Shown here: piece by piece, positions 36,139 through 46,765 of the stretch
Layout of the letters: each line of letters begins with the position of its first letter
Numbering within the stretch: the stretch's first letter is position 1
NCBI GenBank assembly: GCA_047014865.1
Contig: JBKXQO010000001.1
Coordinates: 4,089-68,088 of the forward strand
DNA length: 64,000 bases
Direction: 5' to 3'
Source: Blautia sp.
GTDB lineage: Bacteria; Bacillota; Clostridia; Lachnospirales; Lachnospiraceae
Program-made: the position numbers and the translations under genes
The notes under the pieces: generated by a model
The model's input: the letters and a program-made list of their open reading frames with translations, nothing else
What the model was told of the DNA's origin: nothing
The model's database searches: none

Positions 36139-37125
36139 CTACTTTTCTCTGGAGAACAAACGCTTCATCTTCTCATTGACAGACGGGTTATCTTTCACTG
36201 CATCGATGAACACTGCGATCAGCACAACCGCTCCCGTGACGATGGTCTCCCAGTAAGAGGACACTCTCAGCAGTGTAATGCAAGTACTGATCACACCACT
36301 GAGCAGACCACCGATGATAGTCCCCGCCGCACTGCCGATTCCCCCTGTCATCGAGGTGCCGCCCAATACAGCCGCAGTGATGGAATCCATCTGCCAGCTC
36401 TCCCCAATACTCGCCTGAAAAGAGGCCAGCTTACAAGCCATAAGCACACCGGCGATGGCAGCTAAAAGGCCGCTAAGACAGTACACCAACATCTCAATCC
36501 GCTCTGTGGGAATCCCCACGATCTTGGCGCAACTGCGGTTTCCACCCAGTGCGTAGATATAGCGCCCAGTCTTGGTTCTCTTCAGGAGAATCATCAAGGC
36601 CAGACAGATCAATAACATGATGATAACAATGTTGGGAAGAACCCCTCCGATCACACCGTTGGCCAACTTCTCTGCCGACTGGGGCATACCGGTGATGGGC
36701 ATTCCCTTGGTAACCACATAGACAATTCCTTTGTATATCTGCATGGTGGCCAGAGTCACGATAAACGGCGTCATCTTAAAATAAGCGATGAAAAATCCAT
36801 TGACGCCCCCCAGCAGGACTCCCAACAGACAGGAGATCAAGATCGCCGGAATGTACCCCATCCCACTGTTCACCATCAAGATCGCGCTGAACATACCACA
36901 CACCGATCCGATAGCGGAGACCGACAGATCAATCCCCCCAGTCAGCAGTACAATCGTCTGCCCAAAACCCACGATGATGATAAACGATGCCGCCCTAGTC
37001 AGCGTACTGATGTTATACGAGGTGAAAAAGTTTCCCGTTGTGATATGTACGACAATCCCCACCAAAATGGTGACAAGCAACACCATCCCCGCCGTTGATT
37101 TGAAAAATTTCTTTACTTTTTCCAT
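36139..37125 (-). CDS. Sugar ABC transporter permease (RbsC family)
   Basis: GGIDLSV, PFIVTLA, GRYIYALGGN, AAVLGGTS..GG.G. Confidence 0.92.
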   Translation of the reverse strand: MEKVKKFFKSTAGMVLLVTILVGIVVHITTGNFFTSYNISTLTRAASFIIIVGFGQTIVLLTGGIDLSVSAIGSVCGMFSAILMVNSGMGYIPAILISCLLGVLLGGVNGFFIAYFKMTPFIVTLATMQIYKGIVYVVTKGMPITGMPQSAEKLANGVIGGVLPNIVIIMLLICLALMILLKRTKTGRYIYALGGNRSCAKIVGIPTERIEMLVYCLSGLLAAIAGVLMACKLASFQASIGESWQMDSITAAVLGGTSMTGGIGSAAGTIIGGLLSGVISTCITLLRVSSYWETIVTGAVVLIAVFIDAVKDNPSVNEKMKRLFSREK

Positions 37126-37139
37126 GTCAAACCTCCTAA

Positions 37140-38649
37140 TTATTGAAATGCGACTTTCAGGACATCCTCCTGGGTCACAATATCAACATCCTCTAAGTAG
37201 CCGCTGATCCTCCCCTGATGTACCACCATAATCCGGTCCGCCAAGGCCAGTACCTCTTCCATCTCCGACGAGATAACCACCACAGCCACCCCGGAATCAG
37301 CCAACTCCCGAATCAGAGAGTGGATCTCTCCTTTGGCGTTCACATCGATTCCTCTGGTTGGTTCATCCAAAATAAGCATTTTAATTCCTTTGGCAATCCA
37401 TCTGGCCACAATCACTTTTTGCTGATTTCCGCCAGAAAGATTCTTGATCAGCGTCTCACGGGAAGCCGTCTTAATCCGAAATGCCTCGATATATTTGTCT
37501 GTCAGTTCTGTGACTTGCTTGCTATCTATCAGACCGTGCTTTTTCAGCTTTCCGTAGGAAGGAAGCATCATGTTTTCCATCACAGACATACTGGGAGCAA
37601 TTCCATCGTGCCGTCGTTCCTCCGACACGTATCCAAGTCCATAGGAGATAGCCTCCATGGGAGATTTGATGGAGACCTCTTTGCCCTCGATAAAAATTTT
37701 GCCCCCTGGCTCCTTCTCCGTGATTCCAAATACACACTTAAAGATCTCCGTCCGGCCTGCGCCCACCAGACCGGCTACGCAGAGGATCTCTCCCTTGCGG
37801 ATCGAGAAAGAGATATCCCGAAACTCTCCCTTTCTGGTCAGGTTCTCTGTCTCCAGAAAGACTTCCTGTGAGATCTCCCTCCTCACTCTCTGAGTCTTCA
37901 CCACTTTTTTGCCTGCCATCAGGTTGATCATCTCATCCTTCGTGATCTCACTGACCAGGCTCTCCTGCACGAAACATCCGTCCTTCATAATTGTGATACG
38001 GTCTGCCTGCTCCATAATCTCATCCAAATGATGGGAGATAAAAACCATGGCAGTCCCCTGAGCTTTCAGTTTGCCCATAGCCTGAAAAAGGCTCTCCGTC
38101 TCCACATTGGTCAACACAGCCGTGGGTTCATCCAAAATCAATACTTTGGGCTCATAGGCCAGGGCTCTGGCAATGGAAACCAACTGCTGATAGGCGGCCG
38201 ACAACTGGTTAACTGGCTGCTCTACATCAATGTGTACATCCAAGATATCCAGAAGTCTCTCGGCCTCCTGCCTGGTGTTCTTCCATTCAATCAGAAATCC
38301 CTTTTTGATCTCATTGCCCAGAAAGATGTTCTCTGCCACACTGGCCTCAGGGATCAGATTTAACTCCTGAGGAACCAGAATAATGTTTCTCTTCAGAGCT
38401 TCCTTGGGGGAGGAGAACCGCACCGGTTCTCCCTCCATCAACACCTCTCCCTCATCGCGGGTATACTGCCCCGTCAGTATGTTCATCAGTGTGCTCTTCC
38501 CTGCCCCATTCTCTCCGATCAGTGCATGCACCTCTCCCCGGCGCAACTTCAGATGAACATCGTCCAGCGCTTTGGTTCCAGGGAATGTCTTCGTGATATG
38601 TCTCATCTCAATGACACAATCCTCTGATTTATTTTGCATCTGCATCATC
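37140..38649 (-). CDS. Sugar ABC transporter ATPase (RbsA family)
   Basis: GENGAGKSTLM, DEPTA, GLVGAGRTE, LSGGNQQK, DEPTRGIDV; start approximate. Confidence 0.92.
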
Positions 38650-39720
38650 TCCATACAACATCTTGATATACTTATCTGCATCGTCCTTGTACACAGAGGT
38701 GGAACCTACGTTGGTGACTTCCTCCACCTTCTCACCGTCGATGGTCTTCACGGCATTGTAGATTAATTTGTATCCCATATCGTAACAGTTCTGAACCTGA
38801 GCCACATAGAGTGTGCCGTCCTTTAAGTAGTCCAGTGTACGCAGATCATGATCCATACCTCCGATTACAATATCTCCGGCTTTTCCTGCATCCTTTACAG
38901 CCTGACAAGAGCCCACTGGATTGGACATATTATTGCACAGAATCCCCTCTAAATCCGGATAAGCTTGCAGCCAAGATTCCGTGATACTGATGGCTTTCTC
39001 CACGGCGTCATTATCCCTTTGCTCATCCACAATCTCAATGTCTGGATACTTCTTAATGGTATCTTTGAAACCTTCCAGACGCTCCTCGTGCGAAGCCGCC
39101 CCCATGGTTCCAGATAAGATTGCGATCTGCCCCTCACCGCCCATCTTTTCACAAACTGCCTCCGCCAATTTACAGCCATCTCCATAATTATCCGTGTTCC
39201 CCACGAAAAAGGACCGTTTGGAGTCTTTTACATCTGAGCTGGCGAATGTGGCCACGGGAATCCCCGCGTCCACAGCCTCGTCGATGGCTTTTGCCGTCGT
39301 CTCCGGCTGATTGACGTCCACTGCAATCAAGTCATATCCCTGCCCAATGGCGGTCTCGATGGAATTCACCTGGTCCACAGCGTCCGGTTCCGCCGGCCCG
39401 TACCATTCGTAGTCGATGGTTACGCCTTTCTTCTCAAAGTCGGCCACAGCCGCATCCACGCCGCACTTGATGGCATCATACCAACTGTGGATATTTTTAT
39501 ATGTACAATAAATCTTGTAAGAATCCTTTTTGGGCTCATAGGTGGTGTCGAAGGAAGTGTCGGCAAGGTCTGTCTTACCGCTGGCGCTCTCACCGGAGGC
39601 AGTCGCTTTCACGTCTTTCCCACCGCTCTTTCCTGCGGACGCTCCACCTCCGCAGCCCGCAAGCAAAGTCAAGGTCAATAAGCTGGCAATCCCACATGAT
39701 ACTAATCTCTTCTTTAACAT
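38629..39720 (-). CDS. Sugar ABC transporter substrate-binding lipoprotein
   Basis: Lipobox LLAGC; periplasmic-binding protein type 1 motifs. Confidence 0.9.
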   Translation of the reverse strand: MLKKRLVSCGIASLLTLTLLAGCGGGASAGKSGGKDVKATASGESASGKTDLADTSFDTTYEPKKDSYKIYCTYKNIHSWYDAIKCGVDAAVADFEKKGVTIDYEWYGPAEPDAVDQVNSIETAIGQGYDLIAVDVNQPETTAKAIDEAVDAGIPVATFASSDVKDSKRSFFVGNTDNYGDGCKLAEAVCEKMGGEGQIAILSGTMGAASHEERLEGFKDTIKKYPDIEIVDEQRDNDAVEKAISITESWLQAYPDLEGILCNNMSNPVGSCQAVKDAGKAGDIVIGGMDHDLRTLDYLKDGTLYVAQVQNCYDMGYKLIYNAVKTIDGEKVEEVTNVGSTSVYKDDADKYIKMLYGDDADAK

Positions 39721-39738
39721 TTTCTTCTTCCTCCACTC

Positions 39739-40779
39739 TTAAAATTTCACCACAGACTTGATCACTTCATCCTTGTGGTCTGTGCTGTACTCAATCGCCT
39801 TGATACAATCCTGAAAATCGAACACATGGGAGACAATTTTCCTCAGTGGAATTGCCCCCGAAGCCACAGCCGCAATCGCCTTTGGATACAGGTTGCGGTA
39901 GCGGTAGACAGAGTAGATCGTCCCCTCCATGGCATTTAAAGTGGCAATATCCAGCTCTAAAACCGGTTCCGGAGATACACCCACCAACGTCACCTTGCCA
40001 GCCCGCTTGATCAGACGACAAGTCTGTAAGGTGGTAGTCCTGTTTCCTGCACACTCATAGACCTGATCCGCCCCTCCACCTGGCAATGTCTTGGCAAACT
40101 CCTCAATACTCTCCCTTGTACTGTTAAATACTCTGGTGGCTCCCACCTCCATAGCTTTCTCCAAACGCTTGTCCAACACGTCGGCCACATAGATCTCACT
40201 GACTCCCCGGGCCTTTAAGCTCATCACCGTACACAGACCAATGCAACCACTTCCAAGGACAATGGCAGTCTCCCCGATCTTCGCATCGGATAACTCAGTG
40301 GCGTGAAGCCCTACACACAAAGGCTCCATCAGGCCGCCCTCCATGGTATCCACATTTTCCGGAAGTCTATAGCACATAGTGGCGTCATGTACACAGTAGT
40401 CCGCGAAGACACCATCCTTCTCATGGGGAATTGCGAACATCTTCACATCCTTGCAGAGATTATAATGTCCTTTCCGGCAGTCTTCGCATTTTCCGCATGG
40501 AACTGCCGGCTCCAAAGCCACTCTGTCGCCGATCTGGAATCCTTCTACCCCCTCCCCAATGGCAGTGACCACACCTCCAGGCTCATGTCCCAGAGCCAAA
40601 GGTCCATCTAATTCCCAGTTGGCCAGTCTGCCCTCTTGGTAGAAGTGAAGATCTGAGCCGCAGACGCCCACATACTCCAGTTTGATCTGTAATTCTCCCC
40701 TGGCTGGCTGGGGAATCTCTCTCTCGGTCCATTCCAGCTTCTTCCCAGTCAGCACACAGACTTTCATTTTTCCTTCCAT
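39739..40779 (-). CDS. Zn-dependent polyol/alcohol dehydrogenase (sorbitol DH-like)
   Basis: GVCGSD, GHE, CGKCEDC..G.YNLC, GSGCIG. Confidence 0.9.
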   Translation of the reverse strand: MEGKMKVCVLTGKKLEWTEREIPQPARGELQIKLEYVGVCGSDLHFYQEGRLANWELDGPLALGHEPGGVVTAIGEGVEGFQIGDRVALEPAVPCGKCEDCRKGHYNLCKDVKMFAIPHEKDGVFADYCVHDATMCYRLPENVDTMEGGLMEPLCVGLHATELSDAKIGETAIVLGSGCIGLCTVMSLKARGVSEIYVADVLDKRLEKAMEVGATRVFNSTRESIEEFAKTLPGGGADQVYECAGNRTTTLQTCRLIKRAGKVTLVGVSPEPVLELDIATLNAMEGTIYSVYRYRNLYPKAIAAVASGAIPLRKIVSHVFDFQDCIKAIEYSTDHKDEVIKSVVKF

Positions 40780-40821
40780 GAATTTCTTCCTCCTTTACGT
40801 GCTCATTACTTTCATGGCTGT

Positions 40822-41751
40822 TTATTTGATAAAATCTTTTATTTTTTTCACAATCCCTGTTGTATCCATATCCAGATAAGCAAACACCTCCGTGTCTTCC
40901 CCATTAGGCAAGTCCCGATCTGGGATTCCCTCTATTTTAAGAGGTACCGGGTGCTGTTCCCCTATAATCTCAGCGACCGCTCCCCCAAGCCCCCCGTAGA
41001 CACTGTGCTCCTCCAAGGTGAGAATACGGCCACATTCCCTAGCCGCTGTGAGCACAGCTTCCTCATCAATGGGTTTTATGGTATGCATATCCCACACTGA
41101 GATCTCAATTCCCTCCTCTCTCAACTGTCTCGCCGCCTCAATGGCGCGATACACCATCTGCCCACAGGCAATGATTGCCGCATCCGTTCCCTGGAACCAA
41201 CGAATGGCCTTTCCGATCTGAAAGAATTGCTCTTTACCATAGATGGTGGGAACTGCCCCCCGTCCCAGTCTTATGTATGCCGGCTTCTCAGTGGCCAACA
41301 TCTGATCCAGAATCCCTCTCATCATCTCTCCGTCAGAAGGAATCTCCACCTGCAAATCTGGAATTGCACGCATTAGCGCAATATCCTGAAGGGAATGGTG
41401 GGTAGCGCCCAGTGCCCCATAACTGATTCCGCCACTGATTCCCACGATCTTCACATTATTGTGGGAATAGGCCACGTCAACCTTCACCTGTTCTGCCGAG
41501 CGCATACTGTAGAAACTGGCCGGACCGATGGCATACACCTTTTTTCCTGCCGCTGCCAGTCCTGCGGCCACAGACACTGCATTCTGCTCCGCGATTCCCA
41601 TCTCCACGAACTGCTCTGGCAGCTCTTCTGGATAAGTGCCCAGAGAGGCCGATCCTCTGGAATCCGTACAAACCACCACAATATCCTGATCTTCTCTTGC
41701 TCTCTCCAGTATCGCTTTGGAGAAAGCTCCCCGACACGTCTCTTTTTCCAT
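40822..41751 (-). CDS. Transketolase-like, C-terminal (pyrimidine-binding) subunit
   Basis: EMGIAEQN, GATHHS, YIRLGR, TIKPID, EEHS..GGLG. Confidence 0.9.
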   Translation of the reverse strand: MEKETCRGAFSKAILERAREDQDIVVVCTDSRGSASLGTYPEELPEQFVEMGIAEQNAVSVAAGLAAAGKKVYAIGPASFYSMRSAEQVKVDVAYSHNNVKIVGISGGISYGALGATHHSLQDIALMRAIPDLQVEIPSDGEMMRGILDQMLATEKPAYIRLGRGAVPTIYGKEQFFQIGKAIRWFQGTDAAIIACGQMVYRAIEAARQLREEGIEISVWDMHTIKPIDEEAVLTAARECGRILTLEEHSVYGGLGGAVAEIIGEQHPVPLKIEGIPDRDLPNGEDTEVFAYLDMDTTGIVKKIKDFIK

Positions 41752-42584
41752 TATCTCAGCTCCTCCCTTTCCTTGTCATAGGCTTCTTCCATCATCTCAA
41801 GCTGCTCCTCGGTGGGAACCTTGTGATGCCAGGACGCCTGATTTTCCGCACAGGCAAGTCCCTTTCCCTTGATGGTGTTGGCGATGACACAGATCGGTTT
41901 TCCAGTTTCCGTGTAATCCAACGCCTCCAAGATTTCCTGGAAATTGTGCCCGTCAATCACTCTCACTTGAAAGCCAAAAGCCTCCGCCTTCTTTCTCAGA
42001 TCTTCCAAAGGCATGACCTCCTCTGTACTCCCACTGATCTGAAGATGGTTTCGGTCCACTATCCAGGTAAGATTCCCCAGTTGGAATTTCGCCGCCGACA
42101 TGGCTGCCTCCCAATTGCTCCCCTCTGCCAGTTCCCCGTCTCCAGTCAGAACAAAGATGCGATTGGGCTTTCCGTCTCTTTTTAAAGCCAGGGCCGTCCC
42201 CACAGCCAATCCCAGTCCGTGTCCCAGTGAACCAGTATTCGCCTCCACACCTCTGATCTTCTTATTGGGATGCCCCCCCAGTGGACTGTCAAAGCTTCCG
42301 AAAGTGTCCAACACACTCTGTTCCAGATAGCCATGCTCTGCCAAAACTGCATAAAAAGCCTCCGCGGAATGCCCCTTACTGAGAATGAACCGGTCCCTTT
42401 CCTCCCAATCGGGATTCTTGGGGTCGTGTCTCATGTAATTAAAAATCCCCACCAGCAGATCCGCCTCCGACAAGTCGCCTCCGATATGACCTCCCTTGCC
42501 ATGGTAGATCATCTGCACGGTCCTCATCCGGACGTTGGCCGCCTCCAACTTTAGCTCTCTTTCTTTTTCCAATGATAATGGCAT
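41751..42584 (-). CDS. Transketolase-like, N-terminal (ThDP-binding) subunit
   Basis: GGHIGG, RDRFILSKGH, TGSLGHG, GDGELAEG..WEA, TIKGKG. Confidence 0.9.
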   Translation of the reverse strand: MPLSLEKERELKLEAANVRMRTVQMIYHGKGGHIGGDLSEADLLVGIFNYMRHDPKNPDWEERDRFILSKGHSAEAFYAVLAEHGYLEQSVLDTFGSFDSPLGGHPNKKIRGVEANTGSLGHGLGLAVGTALALKRDGKPNRIFVLTGDGELAEGSNWEAAMSAAKFQLGNLTWIVDRNHLQISGSTEEVMPLEDLRKKAEAFGFQVRVIDGHNFQEILEALDYTETGKPICVIANTIKGKGLACAENQASWHHKVPTEEQLEMMEEAYDKEREELR

Positions 42585-42597
42585 ATCTTCTTCCTCC

Positions 42598-44082
42598 TTA
42601 CAGCAACATCTCGATATTCTTTCTCCAAATTGCAAGTTTCTCTTCCCGGCACCGTTCATCCATTCCTGGCTGAAAACTTTGATAAGTAAGAGTTCTATAG
42701 ACATCCTCTTCCCGGTATAAACCTGCTGTAGTTCCCGCCAGGTAGGCTGCCCCGATCACAGAGAGTTCCTCCGTATCCGGTATCCGTATCTTCGCCCCAG
42801 TCAAATCACTCTGTAATTGCATCAGATAAGTATTCCTAGTAGGTCCACCGTCCACCGAGAGTTTTTCCATGGGGAGTCCCGTATCCTTTCTCATAGCCTC
42901 CACCACATCGCTGATCTGACAGGCGATACAGTCACAGGCAGCCCGAACCAGCTCCTTCTTCCCAGTGGAACGGCTCATCCCTGTCATGATAGCCCTGGCC
43001 TCGTTGTTCCACCATGGAGCTCCCAGACCAGAGAAAGCCGGTACAATGCATGTCTGATCCTCCGGATTGGCCTCCTTGGCCATCTGTGTGGCCAGCGCTG
43101 CTTGCTCCAACACGCCCAGCTCCTTTAGCCAGGAGATCACCGCCCCGGTATAATTGATATTTCCTTCCAATACATAGGAAACTTCCCCTTTGATCTTCCA
43201 GGCCAGGGAGGTGGAGAGTCCATGCTTGCTGGCAATGGGATGATTTCCCACATTGAGCATCACGGAAGATCCCGTTCCGTAAGTGGCCTTCACTTCACCT
43301 TCCCAACGACAGTTATGTCCAAAGAGTGCTCCGTGGGAATCTCCCAGTACGCCACAGATGGGAATCTTCTCTCCCAGAAATCCTTCCAGATCTGTCTCTC
43401 CAAACATCCCATCTGAGTCTACAACCTCCGGCAAGGCCCAGGGAGGAATCCGGAACCAACTACAGATATCCTCATCCCATGCCAATTTATGTATGTTAAA
43501 CAACTGGGTTCTGCTGGCATTGGAGTAATCTGTCTTAAAGCTTTTATGTCCTGTCAATTGGTAGATCACCCAACTGTCGATGGTTCCCAAAGCAACTCTA
43601 CCTTCTCGGGCTTTTAAGGCCACCGCCTCCACATTCTCCAAAAGCCACGCCATCTTAGCCGCCGGATAATAGGGCGACAATTTTAACCCTGTCTGCTCAT
43701 ACAGATAAGCTGCTTCCCGGCTATCTTCCCCCATCCTGGAACAGATATCTTTGGCCCTGCTGCACTGCCAGACAATGGCATCCGCCAACGGCTTCCCGGT
43801 GTCTCTGTCCCAGGCCGCAGTGGTCTCCCGCTGATTGGTCAATCCCATACAGATAATGTCTTCCCGGTGAATGGAAGCTTTCTCCACCACACCCTTCGCT
43901 GCCCGAATCACATTTTGGTAGATCTGTGTCAAATCATGGGATACCCATCCTTCCTGGCTGATTATCTGACGATGGGGTACATCATAACGGGCTTTTAGAC
44001 GGCCTGCTTTGTCAAACAGAACGGCCTTCGTCCCCTGTGTACTCTGGTCAATTCCCAGCACATATCTTTCCCTTTCTTTCAT
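42598..44082 (-). CDS. FGGY-family carbohydrate kinase (glycerol kinase-like)
   Basis: IDQSTQGTK, TNQRETT, AIVWQC.R, GDSH, ATYGTG, VDGG; variants differ from canonical GlpK. Confidence 0.88.
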   Translation of the reverse strand: MKERERYVLGIDQSTQGTKAVLFDKAGRLKARYDVPHRQIISQEGWVSHDLTQIYQNVIRAAKGVVEKASIHREDIICMGLTNQRETTAAWDRDTGKPLADAIVWQCSRAKDICSRMGEDSREAAYLYEQTGLKLSPYYPAAKMAWLLENVEAVALKAREGRVALGTIDSWVIYQLTGHKSFKTDYSNASRTQLFNIHKLAWDEDICSWFRIPPWALPEVVDSDGMFGETDLEGFLGEKIPICGVLGDSHGALFGHNCRWEGEVKATYGTGSSVMLNVGNHPIASKHGLSTSLAWKIKGEVSYVLEGNINYTGAVISWLKELGVLEQAALATQMAKEANPEDQTCIVPAFSGLGAPWWNNEARAIMTGMSRSTGKKELVRAACDCIACQISDVVEAMRKDTGLPMEKLSVDGGPTRNTYLMQLQSDLTGAKIRIPDTEELSVIGAAYLAGTTAGLYREEDVYRTLTYQSFQPGMDERCREEKLAIWRKNIEMLL

Positions 44083-44435
44083 CTTTGCTCTCCATCTGTG
44101 TTTGTTCCTTTTTTTGTTTGTTTTATGTTCGTTTTCACACATTATATATCCATTTTTTGTGATTGTCAACATATTTTTGTTCTAAATATGTATTTTTATT
44201 GTTTTATTTTTTCAAATAGAAAAATCAAGAGAACAAACCGCCGTTAATAATGTTTCTAATAGAACATTTTTTCAAAAGATCGTTGCATTAAAATATATTT
44301 TGAAATATAATGAAAATACATCGCTTGCTTGAATGACTTACTCCATCACCGTGCGATTCTGTGCAGAGTATCTTCTGTAACATGGAAGACAGGCTCCCCG
44401 TACAGACCAGTTCATCGATATCAGGAGAAAAGAAA

Positions 44436-45239
44436 ATGAGAAAAGAAAAACACTCAAAAATAATTGAAATAATGGAGCAGCAAAATGTCATCTCTATCAA
44501 GGAGCTGGCCCAAAAATTAAACTGCACAGAGATGACGATCCGGCGTAATCTAGATGAGCTGGCCGCAATGAATTTCGTCAAACGCGAGCGAGGTTACGCC
44601 ACGCTGCTAAAGACGGCCCAGGCCACCGATTACTATATCCAAAACGAAGAAAATGTAAAGGAAAAGAAGGCCATCGCCTCTGTGGCGCTGCAGTACATCC
44701 ATCCCGCTCAGAGTATCTGTTTTGACTCAGGGACTACTGTACAGCGTCTGGTGGAGCTTCTCCCTTCTGATATCCACTTGTCCGTGATTACACCCAGTCT
44801 GATCGCCGCCATAACTCTGTCCAATAACAAGAATATACAGATATTGATTCCCTCCGGCTTCCTCCACCACAGCAACCGTTCCGTGTTGTTCGCAGAACCG
44901 GAGCAGATGAATAAATACCAGGCAGACGTGGCCTTTCTCTCCTGTCGATCTCTCCAGATCCCCGGGGGAACCTTCGAACATTCCCAGACCCTGACAGCCA
45001 CAAAAAAAGCCTTAGCCGCCATCGCAAAAAAGAGAATCCTGCTGCTGGACTACTCCAAATGGGACGTCAATTCTCTCTGTAACACCATCGATATGGAAAT
45101 GTTGGATCTGATCATCACCGACACCAAAGCACCACACCAATCCGTCCAAAAAGCCGCCAATCTGGGAAAAGAAATTATCTTAGTTGATCCTCAGACCAAT
45201 ACCGTAGAAGAGCATTACAACCAAAACACTCCACGCTAA
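44436..45239 (+). CDS. DeoR/GlpR family transcriptional regulator
   Basis: CTEMTIRRNLDEL HTH; FDSGTT sensor motif. Confidence 0.9.
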   Translation: MRKEKHSKIIEIMEQQNVISIKELAQKLNCTEMTIRRNLDELAAMNFVKRERGYATLLKTAQATDYYIQNEENVKEKKAIASVALQYIHPAQSICFDSGTTVQRLVELLPSDIHLSVITPSLIAAITLSNNKNIQILIPSGFLHHSNRSVLFAEPEQMNKYQADVAFLSCRSLQIPGGTFEHSQTLTATKKALAAIAKKRILLLDYSKWDVNSLCNTIDMEMLDLIITDTKAPHQSVQKAANLGKEIILVDPQTNTVEEHYNQNTPR

Positions 45240-45562
45240 ACGGTCCTCTAGGACCTTCTTCGCCGAAATGGGCAAAAATCCTACAGCACAAAATTCCAAA
45301 TCTACGGCGGGTTGTTTTTGCAGTAAACTTCTTTTCTGCCGCAGTGTGATCCCACAGAGCCTTCTTGCTTCACAAGAAACCGCACGCTCTCACACACTGA
45401 TACGCCAAGTGCTTTCCTATGAGACAAGAAATTATTACCCAAAAAGCAAAGGCGGAATGCGTCCTATAAAGCACGCATTCCGCCTTCACTTTTTTGATTT
45501 CTCACCGCAGATTCTGATAAAGATCACAGTCACCGCCGCAGTTTTCTCTGAATCTTACTCCC

Positions 45563-46123
45563 TTATTTCAGAGTAAGCCCATCCTGAAAAGCATTTCCCA
45601 CTTTCTCTCCCACTCTCAAGTAGGCATTATTCACCGGATCAAACACGATCGCTTCCAGCTTAGCTGGATCAACCTTCCCATTCTCATCCAAAATTCTCTC
45701 GTCCACACTGACGTTCACGATCTCTCCCAACATACAGTGCGTCTCGGCATTATAGTCCAACAACCTACATTCCACCGCCATGGGCAGCTCCTGAATCACC
45801 GGCGCATCCACAAACTTGGACTTCTCTGTGTGGAAGCCTGCGCGCTCAAGCTTATCCGGGATCTGATTTCCCGAGGCAACTCCCAGATAGTCGCAGGCCG
45901 TTGCGTGAGTCACATCTGCCATGCTGACTGTGAAAGCTTTACGGGCAATGATATTTTTTACTGTCTTATGTCCAGGACCCAGACTCAAAGTAATCCTGGT
46001 ATGACCACTGATTCCACCCCAGGCTGCGTTCATAGCATTCGGCGTCCCATCCTCCCCATAAGCGGCAACCATGTACACAGGCTGCGGATAAGTATATGGT
46101 TTCGCTCCAAAATCTTTTCTCAT
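45563..46123 (-). CDS. Flavin reductase family protein
   Basis: YPQPV, PNAMNAAWGG, APVI.ELP..ECR. Confidence 0.88.
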   Translation of the reverse strand: MRKDFGAKPYTYPQPVYMVAAYGEDGTPNAMNAAWGGISGHTRITLSLGPGHKTVKNIIARKAFTVSMADVTHATACDYLGVASGNQIPDKLERAGFHTEKSKFVDAPVIQELPMAVECRLLDYNAETHCMLGEIVNVSVDERILDENGKVDPAKLEAIVFDPVNNAYLRVGEKVGNAFQDGLTLK

Positions 46124-46198
46124 CTTCTTGCACTCCTCTCATAAAATTAACTTTTCAATCACATAGTAGATCCTTCTCTTATCAAAATCTCTCCTTCT

Positions 46199-46453
46199 TT
46201 ATTTTATCAAAAGCTCCCCCAGGATCAAGAGGCAAAATCTACAAAAACATTCCCCCCCTTTGTGTTCTCCCACCAATGTGAAAGCCATTTCAATGTCTGA
46301 AAGCATCGTGATTCTCTCACATAAAATCAACACGGTAATCACAGCTACCAGGTAGATACAGCCACTGGCCTTCACCGCCCCAGCGCTTACACTGCGAAAT
46401 TCCTCGTTATGGACTACTGTCTTTACCGTTTTCCTCATGGCTCCCCTCCTCAT
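46199..46453 (-). CDS. Possible small membrane protein (uncertain)
   Basis: GAGGAGG RBS before MRKTVK; one hydrophobic stretch. Confidence 0.35.
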   Translation of the reverse strand: MRRGAMRKTVKTVVHNEEFRSVSAGAVKASGCIYLVAVITVLILCERITMLSDIEMAFTLVGEHKGGECFCRFCLLILGELLIK

Positions 46454-46502
46454 TGATCACCGCTGTAGCGCTCACTTTTTGAGAAAGCCCGTTCTGAAAA
46501 AA

Positions 46503-46653
46503 AGAGCTATCGGGCAATAGATAGTCTCAAACGGAGGAGGATATGACCGCTAACGGTCACATCCTCCTCTTAACGTTACACAAAACTTGAAACTCTCTCG
46601 GATATGCTTGTTTTTGTGTAGGAGCCTAAAAAGACGGTATTAACCGATAGCCC
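46503..46653 (-). ncRNA. Putative multi-stem structured RNA / leader
   Basis: Closing stem GCTATCGG/CCGATAGC, a 16-bp hairpin and a second hairpin, followed by a U-tract on the minus strand. Confidence 0.4.
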
Positions 46654-46765
46654 CTTGCAAGACGCCTAAATTCATCTTGACTCTTGTTCAAGTGATACTT
46701 CTATCAACAGTCAAAAAGACAGCAATAGAAAATCCGCCCCAAACGCAAACAATAGCGTCTGCCGC

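Noticed and set aside
44090..44280. AT-rich stretch with GTTC/GAAC motifs as a repeat array or CRISPR
   Set aside because: No regular repeat-spacer period; consistent with a divergent DeoR promoter/operator region.
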